Shown here one piece after another: positions 9,593 through 20,369 of a stretch of 32,000 nucleotides of DNA. The notes under the pieces were generated by a model. It was not told the DNA's origin. It did not search any database and was given only the letters and a program-made list of their open reading frames with translations. The first letter of the stretch is position 1. Each line of letters starts with the position of its first letter. A program made the translations under genes and the position numbers. The stretch comes from Nitrosococcus oceani ATCC 19707 (GTDB lineage: Bacteria > Pseudomonadota > Gammaproteobacteria > Nitrosococcales > Nitrosococcaceae), in contig NC_007484.1 of NCBI RefSeq assembly GCF_000012805.1, forward strand, positions 2,850,001 to 2,882,000. The letters are read 5' to 3'.

Positions 9593-9830
9593 CAGTGAGA
9601 GTACGAAGTGAAACGGCGCATCGAGCGCGAGGGCCAGCATGACTTGCGTTTCGCCAACAATTCGCGGTATATTTTTCTGTTGCCAAGAGCGCGACCTACC
9701 CTCGGTAGGAGGGGAAGTGATGCGCGTGGAGGGTGATACCCAACCGAGGGCCTTGCGCGCTAAGTCGTAGCCAACCCAAGGCACCCATTGAAGCGCGAAT
9801 TCTCCAGGCGGATGAAGTTTTATAGAAACA
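9593..9830. repeat. Structured GC-rich element, copy A (shorter, internally deleted relative of the element at 31641-32000)
   Basis: The 44-nt block 9593-9636 aligns without gaps to 31641-31684 (36/44 identical). Further shared motifs appear in the same order (TTTCGCC; AATTCGCGG/AATTCGCGAG; CCTACC..GGTAGG hairpin). No credible coding potential. Confidence 0.55.
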
Positions 9831-9984
9831 AAATCGAAATCAGCCATGGCGAAACTCCAATTCTCTGAATGCTGTCTGATGCCAGGTTTATGCAGAAAAA
9901 TTACCTGGCCCTCTGTTTACTCAAGCATTGCTGAATAATCTTGTCCCTCAACAGGATAAGACCGACATCGAAACTTCCCCAGCT

Positions 9985-10809
9985 CTATCTCCCACTGAAT
10001 AAAAAAGAAACGGCTCCCATCAGCTCTAGTAACATCTCCAACCCTAAGCCCCCAAGGAAAATAGCAAACACCCTCTTTAAAGTTATCGAAGCCAACCTAT
10101 GGGCAAGCCTTGCTCCTAACGGAGCAAAGAGCATACTGGTCGCCACAATACTTACAGCGGCGGGCCAATACACATAGCCACTGCTCCAGGCAGGTAACCC
10201 AAGCTTATCCCAACCCATCCAAACAAACCCACAGGTGCCACTGACCGCGAGTGGAAAACCACAGGCGCTTGCTGTCCCCACCGCATTTCGCATGGGAATA
10301 CTATGCCAAACAAGATAAGGCACGGTAAGACTCCCTCCCCCGATTCCAAAGAGCGCGGAAACCGTCCCAATCAGAGCGCCGATTAATGCCAATATCCAAC
10401 GCCGCGGGAGAGGATGGAGCGCCGCCGGGTGAATGCCGACCCCCATCCGCCATGCAATCAGCAAGGCAAAACTGCCAAATAATCCTTTGAGGATCTGCCC
10501 GGAAAGAGCCTCGGCAATGATCGCTCCTAGCAATGCGCCAAGTACAATCCCCGGCGCCATTGCAACCATAGTTGGCCACAACACCCCCCTTCGTCGATGA
10601 TGCGCCCAAATAGCGGCTATAGAAGTCATCACAATAGTAGCCTGGGAGGTGCCGAGCGCCATGTGCATACTCAGCCCCTTGCCGATCCCCTGAGCGGAGA
10701 ATAAATGCACTAGGACCGCGACAATCACAAGGCCTCCCCCGATTCCAAGCAAACCAGCCAAAGTGCCAACGAGGGCTCCCAAAGCTAGATAAGCCATCAC
10801 CTCAGCCAT
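9985..10809 (-). CDS. TSUP (TauE/SafE, DUF81) family membrane permease
   Basis: 274 aa, polytopic and Gly-rich, with the repeated LGIGGG / FGIGGG motifs characteristic of the family. Confidence 0.85.
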   Translation of the reverse strand: MAEVMAYLALGALVGTLAGLLGIGGGLVIVAVLVHLFSAQGIGKGLSMHMALGTSQATIVMTSIAAIWAHHRRRGVLWPTMVAMAPGIVLGALLGAIIAEALSGQILKGLFGSFALLIAWRMGVGIHPAALHPLPRRWILALIGALIGTVSALFGIGGGSLTVPYLVWHSIPMRNAVGTASACGFPLAVSGTCGFVWMGWDKLGLPAWSSGYVYWPAAVSIVATSMLFAPLGARLAHRLASITLKRVFAIFLGGLGLEMLLELMGAVSFLFSGR

Positions 10810-10872
10810 TTGTCGATCTGATGATAACTAGGTTAATATTCAGTCCATCCTGGCCTTAGAGAATTTAAACTC

Positions 10873-11391
10873 ATGCCAAACCAGCGTACCCTACTCTACC
10901 GTGGCCGGATTATCGATCTTGGTCTCGAGCTGGCTTCATTACCCAATGGCCAACAGATAAGTTTGGAGATCGTCCGCCACCCGGGAGGGGCAGTCATCGC
11001 GGCTGTCGATGATAAACAACAAATTTGCTTACTCCATCAATACCGGCATGCAGCCGGCGGTTTTATCTGGGAAGTCCCCGCAGGTAAACTGGACCCTGGC
11101 GAGTCTCCATTTGCTACCGCTCAGCGAGAACTTGCGGAAGAAGCCGGTCTCCGTGCTAGCCATTGGACCGAGCTGGGCGCTATTTATAGCACCCCAGGCT
11201 TCTGCGATGAAATTTTGCATCTTTATCTCGCTCAAAACCTGACCGCTACCTCTCGCGACCCTCAGCCTGAAGAATATCTGGAAAGCTATTGGTTCCCCCT
11301 CGCTAAAACCCTTGAGTGGGCCCATCGAGGGCGAATCAAGGATGCCAAAACATTGGTTATCCTATTTCGAGCCGCGGCCGCCTTAGACTAG
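10873..11391 (+). CDS. NUDIX hydrolase (ADP-ribose pyrophosphatase-like)
   Basis: Nudix box GKLDPGESPFATAQRELAEEAGL (G-x5-E-x7-REuxEExGu). Confidence 0.85.
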   Translation: MPNQRTLLYRGRIIDLGLELASLPNGQQISLEIVRHPGGAVIAAVDDKQQICLLHQYRHAAGGFIWEVPAGKLDPGESPFATAQRELAEEAGLRASHWTELGAIYSTPGFCDEILHLYLAQNLTATSRDPQPEEYLESYWFPLAKTLEWAHRGRIKDAKTLVILFRAAAALD

Positions 11392-12657
11392 CTCCAGGCT
11401 GGGGAAATTACCGCTCCACATCAACAGGCTACCGCCTCCCACCACGATCGAGAGTAAAAAAATTCCTAGAAGAGGCAGCCCAAAACGGCTTCCGCCTATC
11501 CCCCAGGCCAACCCCCCTTTAACCAGCGTGTTCACCATAGCGGCCAGGAAAATCCCTATGGCGGCAACAGCCAAGACTTGGCTATCCTCTTGGGCCATCC
11601 GTGCTAGGGTAAGGGAGATAGCATCAACGTCGCTAATACCCGAGATTCCCGCTGCTACATACAGCCCAATCTCTCCAAACCACTCCTTTAGCGCATGAGC
11701 AGCCAAGATAACTAATGCCAACAAGCCACCAAATTTTACCGCCATCCCCAGATCGCAAGGATTATCTAGCACTAGATGGGGTGTAGATTGGCGCTTAGCA
11801 CCCCGCCAAAGCCAGTACCCTCCCCCGTAAACGATGATACCCATCAAACCAGCGGGGAAAAGTAAATAAAGCGCCATGGAAGGGTGGATAATGCCCACCA
11901 CCAATAAGAGCCGCGGAAACATGGTGGCGGCGGCAAATGCAATTCCCGCGCTAAGTAAACGCTGGCCTCGAGGATTAGCACGGGCAATTCGAGAAAAATG
12001 CAAAGTCAAAGCCGTCGAGGAAACCAGTCCGGCAGATAGTGCAGTCAACAATATTCCCCGTCCCGTTCCCGCAATGCGGACTGCGAAATAGCCAATGAAA
12101 GACACCCCCGCAATCAGAACCACCATCCACCAAATCTCATAGGGGTTGAGAATTTGCCACGGGCCAAAACCTTGGTTAGGCAACACGGGCAGCAGCACTA
12201 CGGAAATAAGCAGGAGTTTATAGACAGCGTAGAGTTCTTCCTGGCGCAGCCGAGCCAACCAGGCGTGTAAAACGGGTTTAAGGCCTAATAATACAGTCAC
12301 CACAACCGCCGCTGCCGAAGCGACCACCTCATAACCCGCAACAGTCAAAGCACCCAAGGTAAAAGTCACCAAAGTAGCGACCACTGTGGTCAAACCACGG
12401 GCTCCGCTCCGCTTTACGCTGTCAAAATGGGAAACCAGGACCAGTAAAACAAAAGTTAAAAAAGCAAATCCCAGGAGAACTGCTCCAAACTGCTCGGACA
12501 ATAAAGCCCACAGCCCCCCCAGCAGGCTAATCAGTCCAAAGGTACGCAAGCCAGCGATACGGGCACCTTCCTCCGCATGACGCTCTTGCCATCCCCGTTC
12601 CAAACCTACCAGCAACCCTAGCGCAAGCGCTAGCCCCAGTTGTTCAAGGAGCGCCAT
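11383..12657 (-). CDS. MgtC/SapB family plus DUF4010 membrane protein
   Basis: 424 aa and polytopic. The N-terminal LALGLLVGLERGW motif is typical of the MgtC family. The stop overlaps the NUDIX stop convergently by 9 nt. Confidence 0.75.
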   Translation of the reverse strand: MALLEQLGLALALGLLVGLERGWQERHAEEGARIAGLRTFGLISLLGGLWALLSEQFGAVLLGFAFLTFVLLVLVSHFDSVKRSGARGLTTVVATLVTFTLGALTVAGYEVVASAAAVVVTVLLGLKPVLHAWLARLRQEELYAVYKLLLISVVLLPVLPNQGFGPWQILNPYEIWWMVVLIAGVSFIGYFAVRIAGTGRGILLTALSAGLVSSTALTLHFSRIARANPRGQRLLSAGIAFAAATMFPRLLLVVGIIHPSMALYLLFPAGLMGIIVYGGGYWLWRGAKRQSTPHLVLDNPCDLGMAVKFGGLLALVILAAHALKEWFGEIGLYVAAGISGISDVDAISLTLARMAQEDSQVLAVAAIGIFLAAMVNTLVKGGLAWGIGGSRFGLPLLGIFLLSIVVGGGSLLMWSGNFPSLELV

Positions 12658-12692
12658 AAGTTTACCTTCCCAAGGATCGCGGGAAGTTAAAA

Positions 12693-13121
12693 CTAATCGA
12701 CGAGGTGTAAGGCCAGCAACAGGGCGTCTTCACGGCCCTTGTGGGCCGGATAATAACCTTTACGGGTCCCAATTTCATTAAAACCAAACTTATGGTAGAG
12801 ACGAAGCGCCGGGCCATTAGAAGGACGCACCTCAAGAAAGACGGTATTGGCGCCCCGCTTACCAGAAATCTTTAAAAGGTGGCGGACGATATATCCTCCA
12901 CAGCCTTGTTGATGATAATCCGGATGAACGCAAATATTAAGCACATGAGCCTCGCCGGCCCTCACCGCTACTACCCCGTAGCCATAAATCTTGCCTCCTC
13001 GCTCATAGACCCAGGCATCATAGCCGGCCTGTAAGCAGTCAACAAAGGTACCCTCAGTCCAGGGAAAAGCGCAGGCCGCCCGTTCAATCGCTCCGACCAC
13101 TTTCAGATCAGCCTCCCTCAT
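12693..13121 (-). CDS. rimI: Ribosomal-protein-alanine N-acetyltransferase RimI
   Basis: GNAT fold that aligns along its whole length with E. coli RimI (IERAACAFPW, ICVHPDYHQQGCG, LEVRPSN, GFNE, YYP...REDAL). The first ATG is at 13121. The ORF-track start at 13169 is a TTG that adds a basic 16-aa extension absent from RimI. Confidence 0.85.
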   Translation of the reverse strand: MREADLKVVGAIERAACAFPWTEGTFVDCLQAGYDAWVYERGGKIYGYGVVAVRAGEAHVLNICVHPDYHQQGCGGYIVRHLLKISGKRGANTVFLEVRPSNGPALRLYHKFGFNEIGTRKGYYPAHKGREDALLLALHLVD

Positions 13122-13265
13122 AGGTCGGGGGGAAAAAACTCGTAGTCTGCGCACTAACCTTCGAAACAATTTACCCTTCTCTGCCTGCGGAATAGTTTGT
13201 TGTTTCTATCGGGGAATATATTCTTGGCACTTAGAACAGCACTTTTGATAATACCGTAGACATTC

Positions 13266-13961
13266 TCAAAATTCACGGTATACCTTGTGCGCCAGCTGCA
13301 AATCCTGCCATGCCCGGCGTTTCTCCCGCGGCGCACGGAGTAGGTAGGCTGGATGATAGGTCACGACTAAAGGAATAGTCGTCTCTGGATATTGATGTAC
13401 GCTGCCGCGCAGACGTCCCAAGGGGAGCGAGGACTTAAGAAGATTTTGCCCCGCTACCCGCCCTACCGCCAGGATAATGCGAGGCCGCAACAAGGCCACT
13501 TGGCGGCGAAGGTAGGGTTCACAATGGGCCACCTCTTCAGGTAGTGGATCCCGATTGTTGGGGGGACGGCATTTAAGGATATTCGCAATATAGACCTGCC
13601 CTCGCTGCAATCCTACTGCTTCTAGCATAGCGTTGAGTAGCTGTCCTGCCCGGCCCACAAAAGGTTCACCTTGGCGATCTTCCTCGACCCCCGGCGCCTC
13701 CCCGACAATCAGCCATTTTGCCGCTTGATCCCCCACCCCAAATACGGTTTGCGTACGGCCGCAGTGCAACAAACAAGCCGTGCAGCTGGCCACCTGGACG
13801 GCAAGCTCCTCCCATTCCGACGCCACCTCGGCAGATGGAGCCAGAGGAATGAGTTCTTCACCCGTTTCCACTAGCGGCTTTTTTCCAGTGCTTGTAGGCT
13901 GACGCTGCTGCCAAACCTGGATTCCCATCGTCTCTAAATAGTGTAACTGGCGGGAGTCCAT
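13266..13961 (-). CDS. Family-4 uracil-DNA glycosylase with an approximately 55-aa N-terminal extension resembling the Pol III psi (HolD) N-terminus
   Basis: Family-4 signatures: the Fe-S Cys pattern SCTACLLHCGRTQTVFGVGD and GEAPGVEEDRQGEPFVGRAGQLLN. The N-terminus MDSRQLHYLETMGIQVWQQRQP aligns without gaps to E. coli HolD MTSRRDWQLQQLGITQWSLRRP. It lies directly upstream of rimI. Confidence 0.85.
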   Translation of the reverse strand: MDSRQLHYLETMGIQVWQQRQPTSTGKKPLVETGEELIPLAPSAEVASEWEELAVQVASCTACLLHCGRTQTVFGVGDQAAKWLIVGEAPGVEEDRQGEPFVGRAGQLLNAMLEAVGLQRGQVYIANILKCRPPNNRDPLPEEVAHCEPYLRRQVALLRPRIILAVGRVAGQNLLKSSLPLGRLRGSVHQYPETTIPLVVTYHPAYLLRAPREKRRAWQDLQLAHKVYREF

Positions 13962-13970
13962 AAATTTACC

Positions 13971-15509
13971 TCAAACCTGGGGATAGGCCCGCTCTACTGG
14001 GTATAGAATCTTGTTTAAAGCATTGACGTAAGCCTTGGCCGAGGCCATCACAATATCTGTATCCGCACCCTGACCGTTTGCAATGCGCCCATTTTTCTTC
14101 AGCCGAACCGTTACCTCTCCCTGGGCATCCGTGCCGCTAGTAATACTATTTACTGAATAAAGCAGTAATTCCGTATTACTCTGAAGAATAGAATCAATAG
14201 CTTTATAAGCAGCATCCACCGGTCCGCTCCCGGGAGCGGATGCCTGCCGCTCTATACTATCCACACTTAAGGTGACAGACGCTATTGCGGTTTCTCCTGT
14301 TTCCGAAACCACCTTAAGCCATGAGAGTTTGAAGCGCTCATTTTCAGCGGCCAAGTTAGCATCGGTTACCAGCGCCTGGAGATCCTCATCATAGATCACA
14401 TGTTTTTTATCCGCTAGTTCCTTGAAACGCTGGAAAGCAGCATTTAATTCTTCCTCGGTCTCAAGCTCAATACCCAATTCCCGTAAACGGGCCCGGAACG
14501 CGTTGCGTCCCGAATGCTTGCCAAGGATCATTTGATTAGCATGCCAACCCACGTCTTCTGCACTCATAATCTCATAGGTTTGGCGTTCCTTGAGCACGCC
14601 ATCCTGATGAATGCCTGATGCGTGGGCAAAGGCATTGGCCCCCACAATAGCCTTATTGGGCTGCACGGAAAAGCCGGTAATGCCCGAGACTAAACGAGAC
14701 GTGGGAACAATTTGGCTGATATCGACATTAGTATCGCAAGGAAAAGAATCTTGGCGAGTGCGGACCGCCATGACCACCTCCTCAAGAGCAGCATTGCCAG
14801 CCCGCTCCCCCAGACCATTAATGGTACATTCTACCTGTCGGGCGCCACTCATTACGGCAGCCAAAGAATTAGCCACCGCCATGCCTAGATCATTATGGCA
14901 GTGGACTGAGAAAATAGCTTTATCCGAGTTTGATACCCGCTCACGCAGAGTACGGATAAGTTGAGCAAACTGCTCCGGTAGATTGTAGCCTACAGTATCA
15001 GGGATATTGACGGTCCGGGCACCAGCAGCAATAACAGCTTCCAAAATCCGGCATAGAAATTCGATCTCTGAACGGCCTGCATCTTCGGGGGAAAATTCCA
15101 CATCATCGGTATATTCTCTCGCCCGTTTCACGGCTTTAACGGCATGCTCTAGGACTTGGTCCGGCTCCATCCGGAGTTTCCTTTTCATATGAATAGGCGA
15201 AGTCGCAATAAAAGTATGAATTCGCGCAGACTCGGCCTCCGCCAAAGCCTCGCCAGCACGATCAATATCTGCCCCGAGCGCCCGGGCTAAACCACACACC
15301 GTGCTCTCCCGCACACTTCTAGCCACCGCTTGTACCGCTTCAAAATCACCTTGGCTGGCTACTGGAAAGCCCGCCTCAATCACATCGACTCTCATACGTT
15401 CCAAGGCTTTAGCGATCCGCACCTTCTCTTCCCGAGTCATGGAAGCACCGGGGCTTTGTTCACCGTCCCGTAAAGTCGTATCGAAAACGATTAATTTATC
15501 TTTCATCAC
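13971..15509 (-). CDS. leuA: 2-isopropylmalate synthase
   Basis: N-terminal motif [31 protein letters not shown], and a 512-aa bacterial LeuA length. Confidence 0.95.
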   Translation of the reverse strand: MMKDKLIVFDTTLRDGEQSPGASMTREEKVRIAKALERMRVDVIEAGFPVASQGDFEAVQAVARSVRESTVCGLARALGADIDRAGEALAEAESARIHTFIATSPIHMKRKLRMEPDQVLEHAVKAVKRAREYTDDVEFSPEDAGRSEIEFLCRILEAVIAAGARTVNIPDTVGYNLPEQFAQLIRTLRERVSNSDKAIFSVHCHNDLGMAVANSLAAVMSGARQVECTINGLGERAGNAALEEVVMAVRTRQDSFPCDTNVDISQIVPTSRLVSGITGFSVQPNKAIVGANAFAHASGIHQDGVLKERQTYEIMSAEDVGWHANQMILGKHSGRNAFRARLRELGIELETEEELNAAFQRFKELADKKHVIYDEDLQALVTDANLAAENERFKLSWLKVVSETGETAIASVTLSVDSIERQASAPGSGPVDAAYKAIDSILQSNTELLLYSVNSITSGTDAQGEVTVRLKKNGRIANGQGADTDIVMASAKAYVNALNKILYPVERAYPQV

Positions 15510-15763
15510 TGGCTAATCCACTCTTTTACACCGTTAGATGTGCAACGGAATCGATGCGCCGCCAATTTCTGTGAACCCGCCGGCGCAGCTGCTAATTGAA
15601 TAATTGGATTGATTATTTTTTGCCCCTTAGCAGGGCAGCAGCAAGAGTAGGGCAGCCACATAAAGGCCACGAAGCTCTAAAATAGAGCCATTGAAAGGGT
15701 AAATAAGGGATATTAATCCAAGCATAGCGCTACTATATCGCGGTTATTGGTAAATGCCAATGC

Positions 15764-16587
15764 CTATTTCTCGTTGTCGTCCGGTGGCTTAGCCGAATCC
15801 GCGGGAGTCCGGCGCTGCACTCGATATTGTACTCGATGCTGGTGTAGCCGCACCAAGGTCACTGCTGGCCCTGATAAAGCATAAAGCAGGAAAGCGATGA
15901 ATAATACCTTGGGCGGATCGACTGATATTAAGACAAATACCAATACGACCGCCAAAATAGTCACAAAGGGAACCTTATCCCCATTCCCAAAACCTCTAAA
16001 ACCATAATAACGGATATTGCTGACCATAAAAATAGCTGTTGAAACTGTAAGGATGAAAGCCGGAATCATAAGATCATCGCCAGCTATACCGGCATCCGTG
16101 GCGAACCACACTAATCCCGCTAAACAAGCGGCTGCGGAAGGGCTCGCCAAGCCCTGGAAATAACGCTTATCAGCGATTCCTACTTGAGTGTTAAAACGGG
16201 CCAACCTTAGAGCAGCGCAAGCGGCATACAGGAAGGCGGCTAGCCATCCTAATTTTCCTAAGCCAGAGAGGGTCCACTCATAAATAACTAACGCTGGTAC
16301 TAGTCCGAAAGAGGCCATATCGGCCAAACTGTCATACTCCGCGCCAAAAGCGCTCTGGGTATTGGTCAAACGAGCAATCCTTCCATCCACCCCATCCATT
16401 AACATCGCTATAAAGATAGCCTCGGCCGCCGCGTCAAAATGACCATTCATGGCTGCTACAATGGCATAAAAACCGGCAAACAAGCCTGCTGTGGTTAGTA
16501 GATTGGGAAGAAGATAGATTCCTCTGCGGCGCCGGCCATTACCGCCCCGCGCGGCGATTGGACGTTTCTTATCCAAATTTACCGTCA

Positions 16588-16588
<1 letters not shown>
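15764..16588 (-). CDS. pssA: CDP-diacylglycerol--serine O-phosphatidyltransferase (CDP-alcohol phosphatidyltransferase family)
   Basis: Motif DGVDGRIARLTNTQSAFGAEYDSLAD (D-G-x2-A-R-x8-G-x3-D-x3-D). The GTG start overlaps the ilvC stop by 1 nt (TAGTG). The ilvC-pssA linkage is as in pseudomonads. Confidence 0.9.
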
Positions 16589-17622
<1,034 letters not shown>

Positions 17623-17861
17623 TTAATTTTTAAAAGTGTATAGTGTATAAAGTTCGGGAGCGCTGGATAACAATCAAAATGACGAAACCGCTACATTGAA
17701 TAGCGATTAATGCTTGCTTTTAGCGAATTCCTTTCGTCCTTTGTAGCTAGGCAGGGATCAAAATCTTTGTCGTAGCTTAAGAAATAAAGGAAGGAGAGGA
17801 AGCCGCAAAAACAGGGGCCACTTATTTTTTGGCATCACACTAAGCTCTGGCTATAATTCAC

Positions 17862-18356
17862 CTAGAGTTGCAACCCTTTTACGCCACGGGCAATTCCCAT
17901 CGCTCCAGAACGGACGGTTTCCAAGATTTGGAACTCCTTAAGCACCTGGATAAAGGCGTCCTGTTTATTACCACTACCCGTGAGCTCTATAGTATAAGTA
18001 CTATCGGCAACATCAATGATGCGGCCACGGAAAATATCACTTAAACGTTTAACCTCATCCCTTTCAGCCGCCGAAGTAGCCGCCACTTTGATCAGCATCA
18101 ACTCCCGCTCAATATGCGCTCCCTCGGTAAGATCCTCTAACTTAACCACATCAACCAGCTTATTTAACTGCTTCAAGATTTGCTCGATGATCTCATCCGA
18201 ACCAGTGGTAACCAAAGTCATACGGGACAAGGAAGGATCTTCCGTGGGCGCCACAGTCAGGGACTCGATATTATAGCCCCGTGCAGAAAACAAACCTGCA
18301 ACCCGAGACAGAGCCCCGGATTCATTTTCCATGAGTAAAGAAATGATATGACGCAT
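17862..18356 (-). CDS. ilvH: Acetolactate synthase small (regulatory) subunit
   Basis: 164 aa. ACT domain N-terminus MRHIISLLMENESGALSRVAGLFSARGYNIESLTV. The start lies 2 nt after the ilvI stop. Confidence 0.95.
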   Translation of the reverse strand: MRHIISLLMENESGALSRVAGLFSARGYNIESLTVAPTEDPSLSRMTLVTTGSDEIIEQILKQLNKLVDVVKLEDLTEGAHIERELMLIKVAATSAAERDEVKRLSDIFRGRIIDVADSTYTIELTGSGNKQDAFIQVLKEFQILETVRSGAMGIARGVKGLQL

Positions 18357-18357
18357 G

Positions 18358-20106
18358 TCAGGCCCATTCTCTTTCCAGCGATTGGGGCACCTTACACTCG
18401 GGAGCTAAGTGCATCTCATGATGCCCCTTACCTTGAGCAATCATCGGATACACATTCTCTGTCTGATCAGTAATAAAATCTAAAAATACCAGCCGGTCCT
18501 TGAGCGCGAAAGCCTCTTTCAAGGCGGCGTCTACATCTCCCGGCTCTTCTATCTGCATGCCTACATGACCATAGGCCTCGGCCAGCTTCACAAAATCAGG
18601 TAAAGCATCCATGTAGGAATGAGAATAGCGCCGGTCATAGAAAAATTCCTGCCATTGGCGCACCATACCCATATAGCGATTATTGAGATTCACAATTTTA
18701 ATGGGTAAAGCGTACTGCATGCAGGTGGATAACTCCTGGATACACATCTGGATACTGGCCTCGCCGGTCACACAAACCACGGGTGCGTCAAGATAAGCCA
18801 ATTGCACTCCCATCGCCGCTGGCAAGCCAAATCCCATGGTTCCCAGCCCCCCCGAATTGATCCACCGTCTTGGCTTGTCAAACTTATAGAACTGAGCTGT
18901 CCACATCTGGTGCTGCCCGACATCGGAAGTGACATAAGCCTCTCCCTTAGTAATCTCATAAAGCCTTTCGATAATATACTGCGGCTTAATGAGCTTGCCA
19001 TCTTGCTGGTAACGCAAACAACGACGCCCCCGCCATTCCTCAATTTGAGACCACCACTTGTCCAATGCCTCTCCATCAGGCCTCTTGTCGGTGCTTTTTA
19101 AGACTGTGATCATCTCCTTCAGCACCAAACCCACATCCCCCACGATGGGGATGTCGACTTGTACATTTTTAGAAATACTGGAAGGGTCAATATCCACATG
19201 GATAATTTTGGCATAAGGGCAAAATTGCTCTAAATTACCCGTCACGCGATCATCAAAGCGGGCACCAATAGCAATCAGCACATCACACTCGTGCATTCCC
19301 ATGTTAGCTTCGTAGGTCCCGTGCATCCCCAACATGCCTACAAATTGCGGATCAGTGCCGGGATACCCTCCCAGTCCCATCAAGGTATTGGTGACAGGAT
19401 AACCAAGCAATCGAACAAATTCAGTCAATGGCTGAGCCGCATTACCAAGGACTACCCCTCCACCCGCATAAATCATAGGGCGGCGGGCGGACAAGATAAG
19501 ATCAACGGCCTTTTTTATTTGCTCGGGAGTTTCCACGGTTACCGGATGATGATAAGAGCGCAAGGTAAGCTGCTCGGGGTAATGGTAGGGGATCTTGACA
19601 TTAGGATCGGTTACATCCTTAGGAATATCCACCACTACAGGACCGGGGCGACCAGTGGTAGCAATGTAAAAGGCTTTTCTAACCGTTAAAGCCAGATCAT
19701 TAAGATCTTTGACCAAGAAATTATGCTTAACGCAAGGGCGGGTAATCCCTACAGAATCCACTTCCTGGAAAGCATCGCTCCCAATAGCCGCCCGTGGCAC
19801 TTGACCAGTAATCACCACCATGGGGATAGAGTCCATGTAAGCCGTGGCAATACCAGTAACCGCATTGGTAGCGCCAGGGCCAGAAGTAACCAACACCACG
19901 CCAGGCTTACCCGTGGCACGGGCATAGCCGTCAGCGCCATGGGCCGCTCCCTGCTCGTGACGTACTAAAATATGCTTAACCGCCTCTTGTTGATAAAGCG
20001 CGTCGTAAATGTGCAATACGGCACCGCCCGGATAGCCAAAGATATATTCCACACCTTCGTCTTGCAAACACCGGACGAGGATCTCGGCACCACTCAAGAG
20101 ACCCAC
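18358..20106 (-). CDS. ilvI: Acetolactate synthase large (catalytic) subunit, ThDP-dependent
   Basis: The N-terminus LSGAEILVRCLQDEGVEYIFGYPGGAVLHIYDAL aligns with E. coli IlvI. ThDP motif GGLGTMGFGLPAAMG...GEASIQMCIQEL. GTG start at 20106 with AGAGAGG upstream. Confidence 0.95.
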   Translation of the reverse strand: MGLLSGAEILVRCLQDEGVEYIFGYPGGAVLHIYDALYQQEAVKHILVRHEQGAAHGADGYARATGKPGVVLVTSGPGATNAVTGIATAYMDSIPMVVITGQVPRAAIGSDAFQEVDSVGITRPCVKHNFLVKDLNDLALTVRKAFYIATTGRPGPVVVDIPKDVTDPNVKIPYHYPEQLTLRSYHHPVTVETPEQIKKAVDLILSARRPMIYAGGGVVLGNAAQPLTEFVRLLGYPVTNTLMGLGGYPGTDPQFVGMLGMHGTYEANMGMHECDVLIAIGARFDDRVTGNLEQFCPYAKIIHVDIDPSSISKNVQVDIPIVGDVGLVLKEMITVLKSTDKRPDGEALDKWWSQIEEWRGRRCLRYQQDGKLIKPQYIIERLYEITKGEAYVTSDVGQHQMWTAQFYKFDKPRRWINSGGLGTMGFGLPAAMGVQLAYLDAPVVCVTGEASIQMCIQELSTCMQYALPIKIVNLNNRYMGMVRQWQEFFYDRRYSHSYMDALPDFVKLAEAYGHVGMQIEEPGDVDAALKEAFALKDRLVFLDFITDQTENVYPMIAQGKGHHEMHLAPECKVPQSLEREWA

Positions 20107-20369
20107 GGCAGAAACCTCTCTAAATTTATCAAAGTTAATTCGCCCACAAACAGAACCTGCTGGTAATACTCAAACACAGTAACTAGATCCTGACTTTGGG
20201 TCAAGGTAGAATCCCTATCTCCAAGTCCTTATTGAAAGGCACTTAAAGGTAAAGGTTATCAAAAAACCATTAAACGCACCCCAATAACTCACCAGGATTC
20301 TCAGAGAGAAAATTTCCCTCTCAAATCACTGCTATCAATTACGCACTTCCATAGTAGATATACAAACTT

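Noticed and set aside
11383-11391. 9-nt convergent overlap of the NUDIX and MgtC-like gene 3' ends
   Set aside because: Short convergent stop-region overlaps are common and need no special explanation.
15510-15763. Leucine-rich leader peptide or attenuator upstream of leuA
   Set aside because: The only small ORF (MLGLISLIYPFNGSIL) has no consecutive Leu codons. The GC-rich hairpin (GCGCCG...CGGCGC) lacks a U-tract. This is not enough for an attenuator call.
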